Positions 27,121 to 37,041 of a stretch of 64,000 nucleotides of DNA are shown in pieces (the stretch's first letter is position 1; the number at the start of each line of letters is the position of its first letter). A program made the position numbers and the translations under genes. The DNA is from a virus. Taxonomy: Duplodnaviria > Caudoviricetes. The stretch lies in IMG/VR virus record IMGVR_UViG_3300049324_000034, positions 57,539 through 121,538 of that record; one strand, written 5' to 3'. The notes under the pieces were generated by a model. It did not search any database. It saw nothing but the letters and a program-made list of their open reading frames with translations, and had not been told where the DNA came from.

Positions 27121-29115
27121 CTAGAACCCTTCGAGTCCACCCAGGGCCAGCGCATACTGCTCCGCTTCACGCTCGGCATCCGGGACCGGACGCGGCGCGT
27201 CGACATCGGCGCCCTTACGCAACCACGCCGGCAGGTTCGGCAACTCACCACGCACCGAGCCCGGCGGGACCTCCATCTTCGGAAGCTCACTACTCGCCCG
27301 CTCCGCCACGTGATTAAGGTAAGCGCGCTCCACCGACTCGATGACGTTCTCTTTGCGAGCCAGCGCCGTATAAACATCCGCGTCAACCGTGTTCTCAGCG
27401 ATCAGGTAGAAGTTCGCCACCGACCGGGTCTGCCCCGGTCGATCGAGTCGCTTCTGGGCCTGCTGAAACAGCCACAGCTCCCCGCCCACCGAATACCACA
27501 CGCAAATCCGCGACCGCGTTAAGTCGATACCCACCCCGCCCGCCGCGATCTGCACCCCCAGTAGGTCACACTCCGGGTGCATCTTCGCGTCAGCATCCAG
27601 GCCGTCCTTACGCGGCCCCGAGATCTCCCGATACCGCAACCCCAGCTTCTTAGCCAGCCGCTCCACAGCAGCCAGGTGCGGGGAGTACTTACAGAACACC
27701 ACCACCGGCTCCGGCCGCGAACGGCCATCATGGCCACCCTTGCGACACCCCACCTCATCGAGCAGCACACCCAACGCGTCGGCCTTCGCCGTGGACACCA
27801 CCGTGACCCGGCCATCGTCATCAGTGACCGCACCGCCCGTGATCTGCGCCCACCGCAACCGCTCCACACCAGCGTTAGCCGGCGTCACCGTGCGCACATC
27901 ACCGTCCGGGGTGGCCTCCTCGCCGGCCGCCACCGCCGCAGCGGTGATCTCCGCGACCCCCGTGTCGCGGATCGCGTCGTAAACCAGCCGGGCCTTGGGC
28001 TCCAGCTCGAAGGCCCGAATGGTGTGCGTCACCGGGGGCAGCTCCAGATCAACCTCAGGCACGTAGGCGATCGAATGGAACCGCCGGGAAAACTCCAGGC
28101 GCTTGGTCTTGCGCACGTCCACCGGGAACTCCCGCAGCCCATCAGCGGTCTTGCGGGTGACGATGAACTCGGTAGCGAACTCGGTGTAGTTCGTCCCGAA
28201 AATCGACGGATCCAACGCCCGGTAGGTGCCATAGATGTCCGCTGGGGTCTGGGGCATCAACGTCCCCGACAGTCCCCACCGCCGTTCAATCTGGTTCACC
28301 CACGACGCGGCCGTGCGCGACATCGCCCCACCCGCCGACTTCAGCCGGTGCGCCTCGTCATAAACCACCAGCTGCACACCCATCGACGCCAGGTCCGCGC
28401 TCGCCAGCGGATCGGCCACCAGGGCCTCGTAGCCCACGATGCACGCGTGCGGGCGCCCACAGGTGCACGCGTACAGCGCCCGCATGGCGTCGAAACGCTC
28501 CTCCAGGGTCAGCTTCTTAATCGTCCTACGGCGCGTGTAGCGCGTCCCGTTGTCGACATGCCACTCCCGATTGGAGTGCAGTCGCAACTCACGCGGGAAC
28601 ACTCCGAACGTCGCTGTCGGTACCACCATCAGCGTCTTTTTGATGTTGAGCAGGTTCATTCCGCCCACCACCATCAGCGACTTGCCCGTGCCCATCCCCG
28701 CGCCGATCGCCGCGCACGTGCAGTCACCCAGGTAGTTGATCCCCCGCTTCTGATGCGACCACGGATCGGTCGCCAAGATCTCATGCCAGGCCAGCTCCGG
28801 CAGCGGTGCCGACTCGTCAGCGGCCAGCGAACGCCGCGCTTCCCGCGAGTGCGCCTCGGTCGCCAACGCCATCACGCGCGGCGACACCATCGCACCCGAC
28901 TCCGACAAGATCGTCAGAAGCGCGGCGGCCGTCCCCGGCGACACCGGCATCGCCCACCCCGGCGGCCTACCCCCAGCCCAGTACGCGCCCGGCAGGTCGC
29001 TGATCGCCTCATGCCACGGGAACACGTTCGCCGCCACCAGCCGGCCCCGGCCGTCGATACCCACCTGCGGCTTGACGGTCACGCGCGGAACCACCGTTGC
29101 AGACGCACCGACCAC
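27121..29115 (-). CDS. SNF2-like SF2 DNA helicase
   Basis: MGTGKS, VYDEAH, LSGT, GGVGIDL, QAQKRLDRPGQ. Confidence 0.9.
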   Translation of the reverse strand: MVGASATVVPRVTVKPQVGIDGRGRLVAANVFPWHEAISDLPGAYWAGGRPPGWAMPVSPGTAAALLTILSESGAMVSPRVMALATEAHSREARRSLAADESAPLPELAWHEILATDPWSHQKRGINYLGDCTCAAIGAGMGTGKSLMVVGGMNLLNIKKTLMVVPTATFGVFPRELRLHSNREWHVDNGTRYTRRRTIKKLTLEERFDAMRALYACTCGRPHACIVGYEALVADPLASADLASMGVQLVVYDEAHRLKSAGGAMSRTAASWVNQIERRWGLSGTLMPQTPADIYGTYRALDPSIFGTNYTEFATEFIVTRKTADGLREFPVDVRKTKRLEFSRRFHSIAYVPEVDLELPPVTHTIRAFELEPKARLVYDAIRDTGVAEITAAAVAAGEEATPDGDVRTVTPANAGVERLRWAQITGGAVTDDDGRVTVVSTAKADALGVLLDEVGCRKGGHDGRSRPEPVVVFCKYSPHLAAVERLAKKLGLRYREISGPRKDGLDADAKMHPECDLLGVQIAAGGVGIDLTRSRICVWYSVGGELWLFQQAQKRLDRPGQTRSVANFYLIAENTVDADVYTALARKENVIESVERAYLNHVAERASSELPKMEVPPGSVRGELPNLPAWLRKGADVDAPRPVPDAEREAEQYALALGGLEGF

Positions 29116-29402
29116 ACCAGCTCACCGTTCGCGGCAGCCTTCGCCAAACGGTTCAGATCCTCCGTCATCCCCTGCGCCCCCTCCGTGAACCACCCGTACT
29201 CCCGGCACTCCAACACCCCAGGCCACAGCCCAGTCCACGTCGTCGGCGGGTGCGCGCCCGCCGGCAGCGCGCACTGCACCTCCTGGCGGCCCGTCACCGA
29301 ACACCGCGCCACATCACAAAGCCCCCGGTGCTCCTCACCGGGTCGCGCACTGCAATCCGGGCAGCACAAGACCTTCGGCTCCGGGACGGTCACCGCGAGC
29401 AC
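29079..29402 (-). CDS. Cys-rich hypothetical protein
   Basis: CPDC...H...CDVARC...WTGLWPG...EDLNRL. Confidence 0.7.
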   Translation of the reverse strand: MLAVTVPEPKVLCCPDCSARPGEEHRGLCDVARCSVTGRQEVQCALPAGAHPPTTWTGLWPGVLECREYGWFTEGAQGMTEDLNRLAKAAANGELVWSVRLQRWFRA

Positions 29403-29656
29403 CCCAGGTTCAGTGACTCGGCCAGCGCGAGACCATCCTCACGACAGATGACCGCCGCGCACGGCCACGCCGTCGTGCAGCCATCACTCCAGCACGCCTC
29501 ACAGATCCACGCGGGAGGCACACCCAGGCTGTCGAAGTGCGGACGGTGATACTGCCCCGGCAGACCGGTCCGTTCATCGTCGGACAGCTCCGCCATCCAC
29601 ATCCGGGCATAGACGCTGCCCGGCGGAGGCACTGGGGACGGCAACGGCGTGCTCAC
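29390..29656 (-). CDS. hypothetical protein
   Basis: CEAC...WPC; GTGA overlap. Confidence 0.65.
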   Translation of the reverse strand: MSTPLPSPVPPPGSVYARMWMAELSDDERTGLPGQYHRPHFDSLGVPPAWICEACWSDGCTTAWPCAAVICREDGLALAESLNLGCSR

Positions 29657-31008
29657 GTCAGCCTCAGCGAACCCTTGGACATGATGCTCACCTGATCCTG
29701 CGCGCGGGTCACCGCCGTGTAGAGCCACGACCGGGCCACCGCGTAGGACGCCTCCAGGGCCTCCCGCGCGCTCGCCCCCTCCCGCATCGCGTCCTTATAC
29801 CGGCCCGACCCGAACACATCAGCCTCATCGACCACCAACACGCGTGGCCACTCCGAGCCTTGGGACTTATGGCACGTGATCGCCTGGGCGAACGTCGCCG
29901 CCGCGATCGGCCCCCGGCCGTTCTTCACCGCTACCTGCTCGCCCTCAAGGTTCGTAAACCCGCCCTGATGCGCGATCAGCTCCCGCTCGAAGTCACCATC
30001 GAGCACCCGCATCACGTACTTGCGACCCTCCGCCCGGCAATCCAGCACCGTGAATTGCTGGCCGTTGAAAACGTTGGCCTCGCGCGAGTTGGCCAGCGTG
30101 ATGATTCGATCCCCCGCCACTGGTGCCGGGCCCCGCTTTAAGTGCATGCGGATCGCCCGAATGAGCTGCCAACGGATCCGGTTGGTGCCCACCACCACCT
30201 GGTCGTAGTCGGCCATCGCCGCGACACTCAGCGGCCCGCAGCGGCCCGAGTAGTCACCCACCATCCCGCGCACACCCAACAGTCGATCCCCCACCGGGGC
30301 GTTACGCACCGCCGTGGCGATCTTCGTCGTCGGTTGCTCCGCCGCCGTACGGTGCACCTCAGTGAGCAGGTAGTCAGGTTCCCCCGACGTGAAATATCCG
30401 GCCCCCGACACAGGCGGCAACTGCGCCGGGTCACCCAACACGATGATCCGGGCACCGAAGCTCAACAGGTCACTCGCCATCTCCGCGTTGACCATCGACG
30501 CCTCATCCAGGACCAACAGCTGCGACCCCGCAAGGTCCGACTCCTGATTCAGTACCCACCCCGGCTTGCCCAGGTTGATCTCCTCATCGCGGATCTCGCG
30601 CACCAACCGCGCCCGCTCACTGGGGTCGGTCTCATCGGCCAGCTCCGCGCGGAGGCGCTGCAACTCCTCCAGGGCCTTGTCGTACGGCTTGTAGATCAGT
30701 GAATGGATCGTTGTCGCCGGGCACCCCTTCTGGCGCAGTACGTGCGCGGCCTTACCGGTGAACGCGGCGAACGCCGCGTAATCCACACCCAGGTCCGCCA
30801 CGATGGCCTTCGCCGAGCTGGTCTTGCCGGTGCCCGCGAAACCGAACAGCTTGAAAACCTGTGACTGCATGTCGTCATAGACATCGCCCTCGCACCACCA
30901 CCGCTGCACCGCCTCCAGCGCCTCGCGCTGTTGCGGGCCGTACTCGAACCCCGACACCGTCGGCGCCTCGGTCGTCACCTCGGTCGTCACCTCGAAAGCC
31001 ACCATCAC
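29653..31008 (-). CDS. RecD/Dda-like SF1B helicase
   Basis: GFAGTGKT, LDEASMV, GDPAQLPPV, ITCHKSQGSEW, YTAVTRA. Confidence 0.9.
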   Translation of the reverse strand: MMVAFEVTTEVTTEAPTVSGFEYGPQQREALEAVQRWWCEGDVYDDMQSQVFKLFGFAGTGKTSSAKAIVADLGVDYAAFAAFTGKAAHVLRQKGCPATTIHSLIYKPYDKALEELQRLRAELADETDPSERARLVREIRDEEINLGKPGWVLNQESDLAGSQLLVLDEASMVNAEMASDLLSFGARIIVLGDPAQLPPVSGAGYFTSGEPDYLLTEVHRTAAEQPTTKIATAVRNAPVGDRLLGVRGMVGDYSGRCGPLSVAAMADYDQVVVGTNRIRWQLIRAIRMHLKRGPAPVAGDRIITLANSREANVFNGQQFTVLDCRAEGRKYVMRVLDGDFERELIAHQGGFTNLEGEQVAVKNGRGPIAAATFAQAITCHKSQGSEWPRVLVVDEADVFGSGRYKDAMREGASAREALEASYAVARSWLYTAVTRAQDQVSIMSKGSLRLT

Positions 31009-31421
31009 CCCACCACCTCTCTCACTGACGCCCGCAGCTCCCGCAGACGTGCCACCACCTCCGGAGTCCAACCGAACCGTTGCGCGACTTCCGTCATCGC
31101 CACCGCGTGATCATGCTTCGGATTCCCTGGATTCGAGCACTCACCGTCCTCGCAATCCCACCCGCACAGCACCGCATAAAGCCGGGCATCAACATCGGAC
31201 TGACTCCAGTCCCGCGACGAGAACGCCAACAGCTGGTCAAGCATCTTCAGCGCCTCCCGCGCGCCCCGCGCGCGAGCGTCGACCTCCGCCAGTACCGCCC
31301 GCCGCGCCACCGTGGCCAGCACCACCGCGTGGCCCTCCAGTGCCGCCATCGGCACCCCGAACGCCACCCCGGCCCGATACTCCGGGGTGGAACGGATCGC
31401 CTGCTCCACCCCGTCACTCAC
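31005..31421 (-). CDS. hypothetical protein
   Basis: Overlapping codons; high GC3. Confidence 0.65.
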   Translation of the reverse strand: MSDGVEQAIRSTPEYRAGVAFGVPMAALEGHAVVLATVARRAVLAEVDARARGAREALKMLDQLLAFSSRDWSQSDVDARLYAVLCGWDCEDGECSNPGNPKHDHAVAMTEVAQRFGWTPEVVARLRELRASVREVVG

Positions 31422-31492
31422 CACAGCACCGCCCGCATGATCAGCACTGTCACCGCGAACACCACTACGATCTGCCACCAACCCTCACTCAC
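31418..31492 (-). CDS. 24-aa single-TM peptide
   Basis: GTGA overlaps at both ends; MSEGWWQIVVVFAVTVLIMRAVLW. Confidence 0.5.
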   Translation of the reverse strand: MSEGWWQIVVVFAVTVLIMRAVLW

Positions 31493-31851
31493 TCCTCGTC
31501 GTCATCGTCAGCGGTCCACTGCACGTAGATAGCCGCGTCGACCGGCCATGAGGTGATCTTGTGATTGTGGGAAGTGATCACACACGGCACCTCGCGCGGC
31601 TCAAACGGAACACCATCGAACTGACCCGGTGTCCCCTCCGTGACCTTCACTCCAAAGTTCAGAGAGCCACACCCACCGATCCAGTACCGCGACCGCAACT
31701 CGCGCACCACCATCGGTGCCGGCTCCGAATCGGGCTCGAACGGCTGCGCGGCATCCAACGCCGTCAACGCCCCCTCAAGGTCGTCAGGCAGCGACGCCGG
31801 GTCCACTTCCACCACGTCGAGGCGCGGGCGTCCGTTGGTCTCATCAGTCAT
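31489..31851 (-). CDS. hypothetical protein
   Basis: ATGA overlap. Confidence 0.65.
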   Translation of the reverse strand: MTDETNGRPRLDVVEVDPASLPDDLEGALTALDAAQPFEPDSEPAPMVVRELRSRYWIGGCGSLNFGVKVTEGTPGQFDGVPFEPREVPCVITSHNHKITSWPVDAAIYVQWTADDDDEE

Positions 31852-32417
31852 TGTGATGCCCACTCCAATTCGTGCAACCGAAACATGGCCAGCGTCAACT
31901 CGCGGAAATCGTAATACATATCCAACGACAGCACTTCCTCCCGAGTGAACCAACGGAAAGGGTGCTCACCGGAATGCGCGACGATCGGCAACTCCACCGT
32001 CAACAAATAGTGGTGATCAATGTGGAAATGCGGATGCTTCAGGTGATTATCCGGCCCCACCTGCTCCTCGACCACCCACCACGGGCGCGCCACCACCAAC
32101 GGCCGGTGCGGCTCCATCGGCAACGGCGGTATCACCGGGCCGCGCGGACACACCATCCGCAACCCCTTCAGGCCCGTCTCCTCCCGAACCTCCCGGTACA
32201 CCGCCCGCTCCGGTGTCTCGTCACCCTCCACATGCCCGCCAGGCGGATGCCAGTGGGCGAAACGCGGATGCCAGATTAACCCCACCATCAGCACGCCCTC
32301 AGTCATACGGAACACATGCCCGCTGACCGTGGCGTGCTTCACCACCGGGGCCAGCCCCAGATTCTCCGCACTGATCAGTCCACCGCCAGCCATATACCGC
32401 TCATTGCGTTCAGTCAT
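31848..32417 (-). CDS. Nudix hydrolase
   Basis: Nudix box GGHVEGDETPERAVYREVREETG. Confidence 0.9.
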   Translation of the reverse strand: MTERNERYMAGGGLISAENLGLAPVVKHATVSGHVFRMTEGVLMVGLIWHPRFAHWHPPGGHVEGDETPERAVYREVREETGLKGLRMVCPRGPVIPPLPMEPHRPLVVARPWWVVEEQVGPDNHLKHPHFHIDHHYLLTVELPIVAHSGEHPFRWFTREEVLSLDMYYDFRELTLAMFRLHELEWASQ

Positions 32418-32622
32418 CGTGTGCCACCTCTCCCGGACGCATCGCCCACTCCAGGCACATCGGAATGTGATGCGCCTTGCTGTGCCACCAGTTCGTATTC
32501 CCCACATCACCATCACCGGGAGGCAGGCTGCACGACCAGTACCGCTGACCGGGCAAGATCGGATCCGTACACCGGTCACACCTGTGGCGCTTGCGTGCAA
32601 CCCGCTCCCGATGAATCGTCAT
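32410..32622 (-). CDS. small Zn-binding protein
   Basis: ARKRHRCDRCTDPILPGQRY, similar to the 16436 gene. Confidence 0.65.
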   Translation of the reverse strand: MTIHRERVARKRHRCDRCTDPILPGQRYWSCSLPPGDGDVGNTNWWHSKAHHIPMCLEWAMRPGEVAHDD

Positions 32623-32774
32623 CCCGGCAGATTCGCCAACAGCGACTCGTTACTGACATCCGGGAACATCACCCAGCGAAGGGCCTCCTGCACCCCAATG
32701 GCCCGATCATCGTCATCGACAGTGATAGCCGAGAACCGACCCATCATCTCTTCAACCTCAATCTGTGCCCGCAC
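32619..32774 (-). CDS. small hypothetical protein (51 aa)
   Basis: Fills gap; ATGA overlap; GVQEALRWV. Confidence 0.6.
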   Translation of the reverse strand: MRAQIEVEEMMGRFSAITVDDDDRAIGVQEALRWVMFPDVSNESLLANLPG

Positions 32775-32789
32775 ACCCACCACCCCTTC

Positions 32790-34292
32790 CTACTTCGGAA
32801 TATCCCCGCCCTGGCATTCCTTCTCCACCAGGTCAGCGAGCTGCTTTAAGTTCATCACCTTGGCCTCGTAAAGGTTCGAGATGTTCCACAAGAACTCAAG
32901 GCCATAGCGATCGAACAGGGCCTCAGCGTCACGGTGACGCCACCGGGGCACCGCCCACGTCCCGCCGTTGTACCAACCGTTGGGGTCCGACTCATCCCAC
33001 AGGAACCCCACCGCGCAGAAGCGGCACCGACCCCCATCCCTGGACATGAACGTGTTGAACACCTGATCATCAATCGTGGCCGTGCGCATCCGCCGGATCC
33101 AGCGGTTCGTCAACGTGTCCACCAGCCACTCGATCGGCACGTCACTGCCCGCCACGCGGCGGCCACCGACCACCGGGGCGGAACGGAAACTACGCCGCCG
33201 CAGCTTGCCCACAATGCCCAGATCGGCACCGGGGTTAGCGAAATACGCTGACGGTGCACTCGACCCGAACAGCGCCGACGCCGTCCGGCCAAACCCCCGG
33301 CCCGACTCCAGGCGCGGCATGTTCGACGCTGCCATGGCTGGAGTCATCACCGTCGCCGGAGCACCCATCAACCGAGCCCGCCACGTCGAGCGGACCTCCG
33401 TCATCGGTGCCGCGACCGGCGCCACCGAGCCCCGGAACACCCGAGACAGCAGTGACTGAGGCTTGCCCGCGCCAGGCGAATAGCCCGCGCCCGGTGCGTA
33501 GGCATACCCCGCCGTGCTCATCGACTGCTCCGAGAGCACGCGCGGTGCCCGCCCGAACATCCGACCCAACGGGGACGACACCGTCGTGCCCGTGAACTCA
33601 GCCGGCACCGACTGGTCATCAACCGACTGGCCACCGAAGCTCGGCAGCGCGCTACGCGTCACCGACCGCACCGGGGCGACCGCACCCGCTACGCCGCGAC
33701 GGCGAGCCCGACGCCCGGCCGAACCCGGAACACCCGGCATCGACGCGGCGGCACGCACCAAACCCACACCGACCAGCACCGGGGCACGCACCACCGTGGC
33801 CACGCCGCTAGAGGCTCCCGCAGTAGCAGCACCTCCGCGCCCGCGCCCCCCGAAGAAGAAAAAAGCCACACCCGCGATCAGCAGCAGGGGCAGCACACCC
33901 GCCGCGCCCACCGCCGCAGTCGACAACGCACCGAAGATCGCAGCGAAGATCGAATAGCCCACGTAGCCGACCAACCCGACCACACCCAGGCCCAACACGA
34001 TCGCCACACCCGTCAGTGCCATCCCCGCGTAGTCACTGCCCGTGCGCCAGCCGCCCATATCGACATGCGACGGCTTGTCGGCCAGACCGGGCTCAGTCAC
34101 CGGGGTAGGTTCAGCCGCCGGCCCCGACGGCGGCACCGGGGCCGGCTCCACCACCGGAGTGGGGGCGACAAACGGCGGTGCCGCCGCTGCCACATCAGCC
34201 GCGAAATCCGCACCCAAATCGGCCGGATAATCGGGGATGACCACAATCTCCGGAGGCTCAGACACCTTCCGGTCAAACGGGTCAGAATCCAC
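32790..34292 (-). CDS. large membrane-anchored protein
   Basis: Pro-rich N-terminus, two TM segments, C-terminal CRFCAVG; TAGTG overlap. Confidence 0.7.
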   Translation of the reverse strand: MDSDPFDRKVSEPPEIVVIPDYPADLGADFAADVAAAAPPFVAPTPVVEPAPVPPSGPAAEPTPVTEPGLADKPSHVDMGGWRTGSDYAGMALTGVAIVLGLGVVGLVGYVGYSIFAAIFGALSTAAVGAAGVLPLLLIAGVAFFFFGGRGRGGAATAGASSGVATVVRAPVLVGVGLVRAAASMPGVPGSAGRRARRRGVAGAVAPVRSVTRSALPSFGGQSVDDQSVPAEFTGTTVSSPLGRMFGRAPRVLSEQSMSTAGYAYAPGAGYSPGAGKPQSLLSRVFRGSVAPVAAPMTEVRSTWRARLMGAPATVMTPAMAASNMPRLESGRGFGRTASALFGSSAPSAYFANPGADLGIVGKLRRRSFRSAPVVGGRRVAGSDVPIEWLVDTLTNRWIRRMRTATIDDQVFNTFMSRDGGRCRFCAVGFLWDESDPNGWYNGGTWAVPRWRHRDAEALFDRYGLEFLWNISNLYEAKVMNLKQLADLVEKECQGGDIPK

Positions 34293-34600
34293 TACGAACC
34301 ACCTTCCGTTGGTTGGGGAAGCCAGTTCGGCAACCCCGCTTCGTACATGGTCGCTTCCACCAATACTCCCCAGTGATCGTCCGAGCCCAACAATGGGCGA
34401 TTCCACAGGGGCTGATCAGGGCAGGTGACGTGAGTGCGAACGTGGCGCACTGGTGAGGTCACTTCCCGATCCAGGTATGCCGTGTCGACGAAAATCGGTT
34501 GACAACAGCGCGGGCAGGTGCGTGTGTTGCGCGCCCACCGAACTACGGCAGAGCGAAGCTGCGGCGCGTTCGTTGGGTACCGCCGCGCAGCACGGGTCAT
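34292..34600 (-). CDS. hypothetical Zn-binding protein
   Basis: CPRC...HVTC; ATGA overlap. Confidence 0.6.
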   Translation of the reverse strand: MTRAARRYPTNAPQLRSAVVRWARNTRTCPRCCQPIFVDTAYLDREVTSPVRHVRTHVTCPDQPLWNRPLLGSDDHWGVLVEATMYEAGLPNWLPQPTEGGS

Positions 34601-35847
34601 GCGGGCACCCCTTCGGTAGTCGCCGGAACAGGTACCAGGGTATCAGAACGCCACGGCCAGGTAGACGCATCCTTCAGCGCCGGGAAGATCGTTTCCGGCC
34701 ATGCGGTGCGCTTCTCCGCCTGCCGGCCCCGCTGCATCAACGACCACAGTGACGCGGCACCGGCCTCCCACTGTGGCGACTTCTCCGCCACGTGCGCCGG
34801 CCAGTCGAACCGAGTGATCGACGCGGTGCCCGAGCGCGGAGCCGTGCTCGCCACCGCCAGCCGCACCGCCACGCTGCACAACGCCCACACCAGCACGTCC
34901 GCCTCCGCACCAGACAGCCGCCAAGCCGTCGGGATCGCCACCGCGTCGCGCCGCGCCGAGCTGCCCCACGACGAGAACACCGGCCACCACGAGTGGACGT
35001 CTAGAGCCATGTCCGTCAACGGCTCACCGCAGCGCACCCGCACCGGCAGCGCACCCTTCAGCGCGAGCTTGCGGTGCGTGTCGGTGAAATCGGCAATGCT
35101 GATCGACTCACCGATCGCGACCAACAACGCCAACGGCTCGAAGATCGCCGAAACGTCGAAGCCACCCACGTTCGCACTGATCGCGGCGTTGACCTTGGAG
35201 AAGATCACAGCCGCTGCGCTGCGCCCCAGCCTGTTCGGGTACAGCGCAGCGGCGGCCGTCGGTGCCACCTCTGGCAGCTCACCAGTAACCAGCGGGATCT
35301 GCCACACCCGCGCCGCCGTGGCCAGCGTCCGGCCATCCATCGCACGGCCGCCACGAGCCAAACCCATCTGCGCCTGGCGCCACCCTGCGATGATCTCCGC
35401 AGTGCGCACCCGCAGCTGATCCACCAATTCCGTGCGCGCCCCCAGATCGTCACGGCGTAGGGGTGCTACCGCACCCGGATCGTCGCTGAGCGGTCCCCAC
35501 TCCAGCGCTAGAGCAGACACGTCGGCATTGCCACCGCTGACCTGAAACAGGCAGCGGTGCAGCGCGTCGACCATGTCGGGGCTACGCAGTGCCGCCACGA
35601 TCCGGGTAGGGGGGCGACCCTGCCTCGCACGCAGGGCAGCGGGCACCTCGTACACGGTGCCGACACCCAGTTCGGCGAGCACATCGGACGCCCCGTCGGC
35701 GAGCACATCAGCCAGGAACGGCGCGTCTGCCATCAGAGCGTCATGCACGAGGCCCAACAGGCCGTGCCGTGCTGCCGTCACCGGACTGGAGGCGAGCAGC
35801 GCCCCCAGATGCTCATCAAGGTGACTCAGGGTTAGGTTGATCTTCAC
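34597..35847 (-). CDS. hypothetical protein, first gene of the leftward block
   Basis: 416 aa; GAGGAG RBS. Confidence 0.75.
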   Translation of the reverse strand: MKINLTLSHLDEHLGALLASSPVTAARHGLLGLVHDALMADAPFLADVLADGASDVLAELGVGTVYEVPAALRARQGRPPTRIVAALRSPDMVDALHRCLFQVSGGNADVSALALEWGPLSDDPGAVAPLRRDDLGARTELVDQLRVRTAEIIAGWRQAQMGLARGGRAMDGRTLATAARVWQIPLVTGELPEVAPTAAAALYPNRLGRSAAAVIFSKVNAAISANVGGFDVSAIFEPLALLVAIGESISIADFTDTHRKLALKGALPVRVRCGEPLTDMALDVHSWWPVFSSWGSSARRDAVAIPTAWRLSGAEADVLVWALCSVAVRLAVASTAPRSGTASITRFDWPAHVAEKSPQWEAGAASLWSLMQRGRQAEKRTAWPETIFPALKDASTWPWRSDTLVPVPATTEGVPA

Positions 35848-35936
35848 TCGATACTCCTCGGTAACTTAACAACTGTCCGTATATGAACAAACAGCAGCCA
35901 GAACGGCTCAAGTGGGTAGGTAGCTGGCGGGTGTAT

Positions 35937-35959
35937 CCGGAACTTAGGCGACCATACCA
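35937..35959 (-). promoter_or_regulatory. extended -10 promoter plus GTTCCGG
   Basis: TGG TATGGT-N7-GTTCCGG. Confidence 0.75.
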
Positions 35960-36110
35960 CAGCACGCACGGCACACCCTTACCTCCAAGATCACCGGCAC
36001 CGGGTGAAGGGTGCCGCGCTAGCTGACCCCCCTTCGACTCGTAGGTGCAACTAACCGCCCGTGAAACAAGAAGCCATAGTGACACCCGTCCGAGCGGCAC
36101 CGGGTCGCAC

Positions 36111-36329
36111 TTTTCGTGATCTTGGATCGTCGCAGGTCAGGGCTATATCGGCATAAGCCTATGCAGCTAGTTGCCCAAAGAAGCTATACGTCTGCGGCAC
36201 GGGGGAGGTTAGATTTGCAGCTAGATTTAGGGTCTATCCGGTCCGGTAACGAATACCTTCTTTGACCAACTAGCTGCATAGGCTTATCTCGGACCCCCTC
36301 TGACCTGCGACGATCCAAGATCACGAAAA
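36111..36329. repeat. long inverted repeat (81-bp arms, 57-bp spacer)
   Basis: 36111-36140 is the perfect reverse complement of 36300-36329; 36153-36173 is the perfect reverse complement of 36267-36287. Confidence 0.95.
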
Positions 36330-36438
36330 AAGTCGCGCGCGCGTGCGCGAGGACCGTGTCGCAGAAAAAGGCTCGCGCTATAGAGAGCCGAATCCCAGAT
36401 CTGGCAACTAGCTGCGAGACCGTCGCTACGCTGCCCCC

Positions 36439-36999
36439 GTGCCCACCGACCTCGTGGCCATCGCCGCCACTTTCGCTGACCGCCGTGAGCGGGCCACGGC
36501 GTTGATCGAACAGGCTCAGGCGTGGACGAGTCAGACCATCGACGAGTTGGGCACTTTCGACGCCTCCCCGCAAATGGATGGCGACGAGTTGGGCAACGTC
36601 TACGCCCGGCTGGTGTCGCTGTCGATCCAGCGGCTGCGGGTGGTGTCCGACCAGCTGTCCAAGGCGTTCGCCGAGCACGGCGTGGACGCGCTGGTGAAGG
36701 ACCGGCTTGCGTACAACCCCGGCACGGAGGAACTGGAGGTCATCGGGGAGCAGGTTTCGGCGCTGGCGGAGCTGGAGGCCCGTGAGCGCAAAGAGCTGCG
36801 TGAGCTTCTGACGGCCGCTGTGCGGCTTCGCCTGGAGACTCGGTCGGCGGAGGCGATCGCGGCCCAGGGGCAGCGAATGGCGGCTCTCGCGCAGGCCTTG
36901 TGCGAGGAGGCGGGCCTGGATTGGAACACCGAGGCAGCGCGCCGGCTGGCGCAGCGGGCGGTGATCCGGGCGGAGGCTGCCATGGTCCGCCCGACGTAG
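36439..36999 (+). CDS. putative terminase small subunit
   Basis: GEQVSALAELEARERKEL...QGQRMA resembles the helical C-terminal part of actinophage TerS-like proteins (recalled similarity). Confidence 0.55.
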   Translation: MPTDLVAIAATFADRRERATALIEQAQAWTSQTIDELGTFDASPQMDGDELGNVYARLVSLSIQRLRVVSDQLSKAFAEHGVDALVKDRLAYNPGTEELEVIGEQVSALAELEARERKELRELLTAAVRLRLETRSAEAIAAQGQRMAALAQALCEEAGLDWNTEAARRLAQRAVIRAEAAMVRPT

Positions 37000-37019
37000 T
37001 AGACTGGGCAGTGTTCCGT
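36997..37019 (+). promoter_or_regulatory. -10 promoter plus GTTCCG
   Basis: TAGACT-N7-GTTCCGT. Confidence 0.65.
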
Positions 37020-37041
37020 ACTCGCTGCCCGTGGAGGTCCC

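Noticed and set aside
27577-29451. 624-aa plus-strand ORF (likewise 13136..14698)
   Set aside because: Antisense shadows of helicase genes that carry clear motifs; typical of high-GC DNA.
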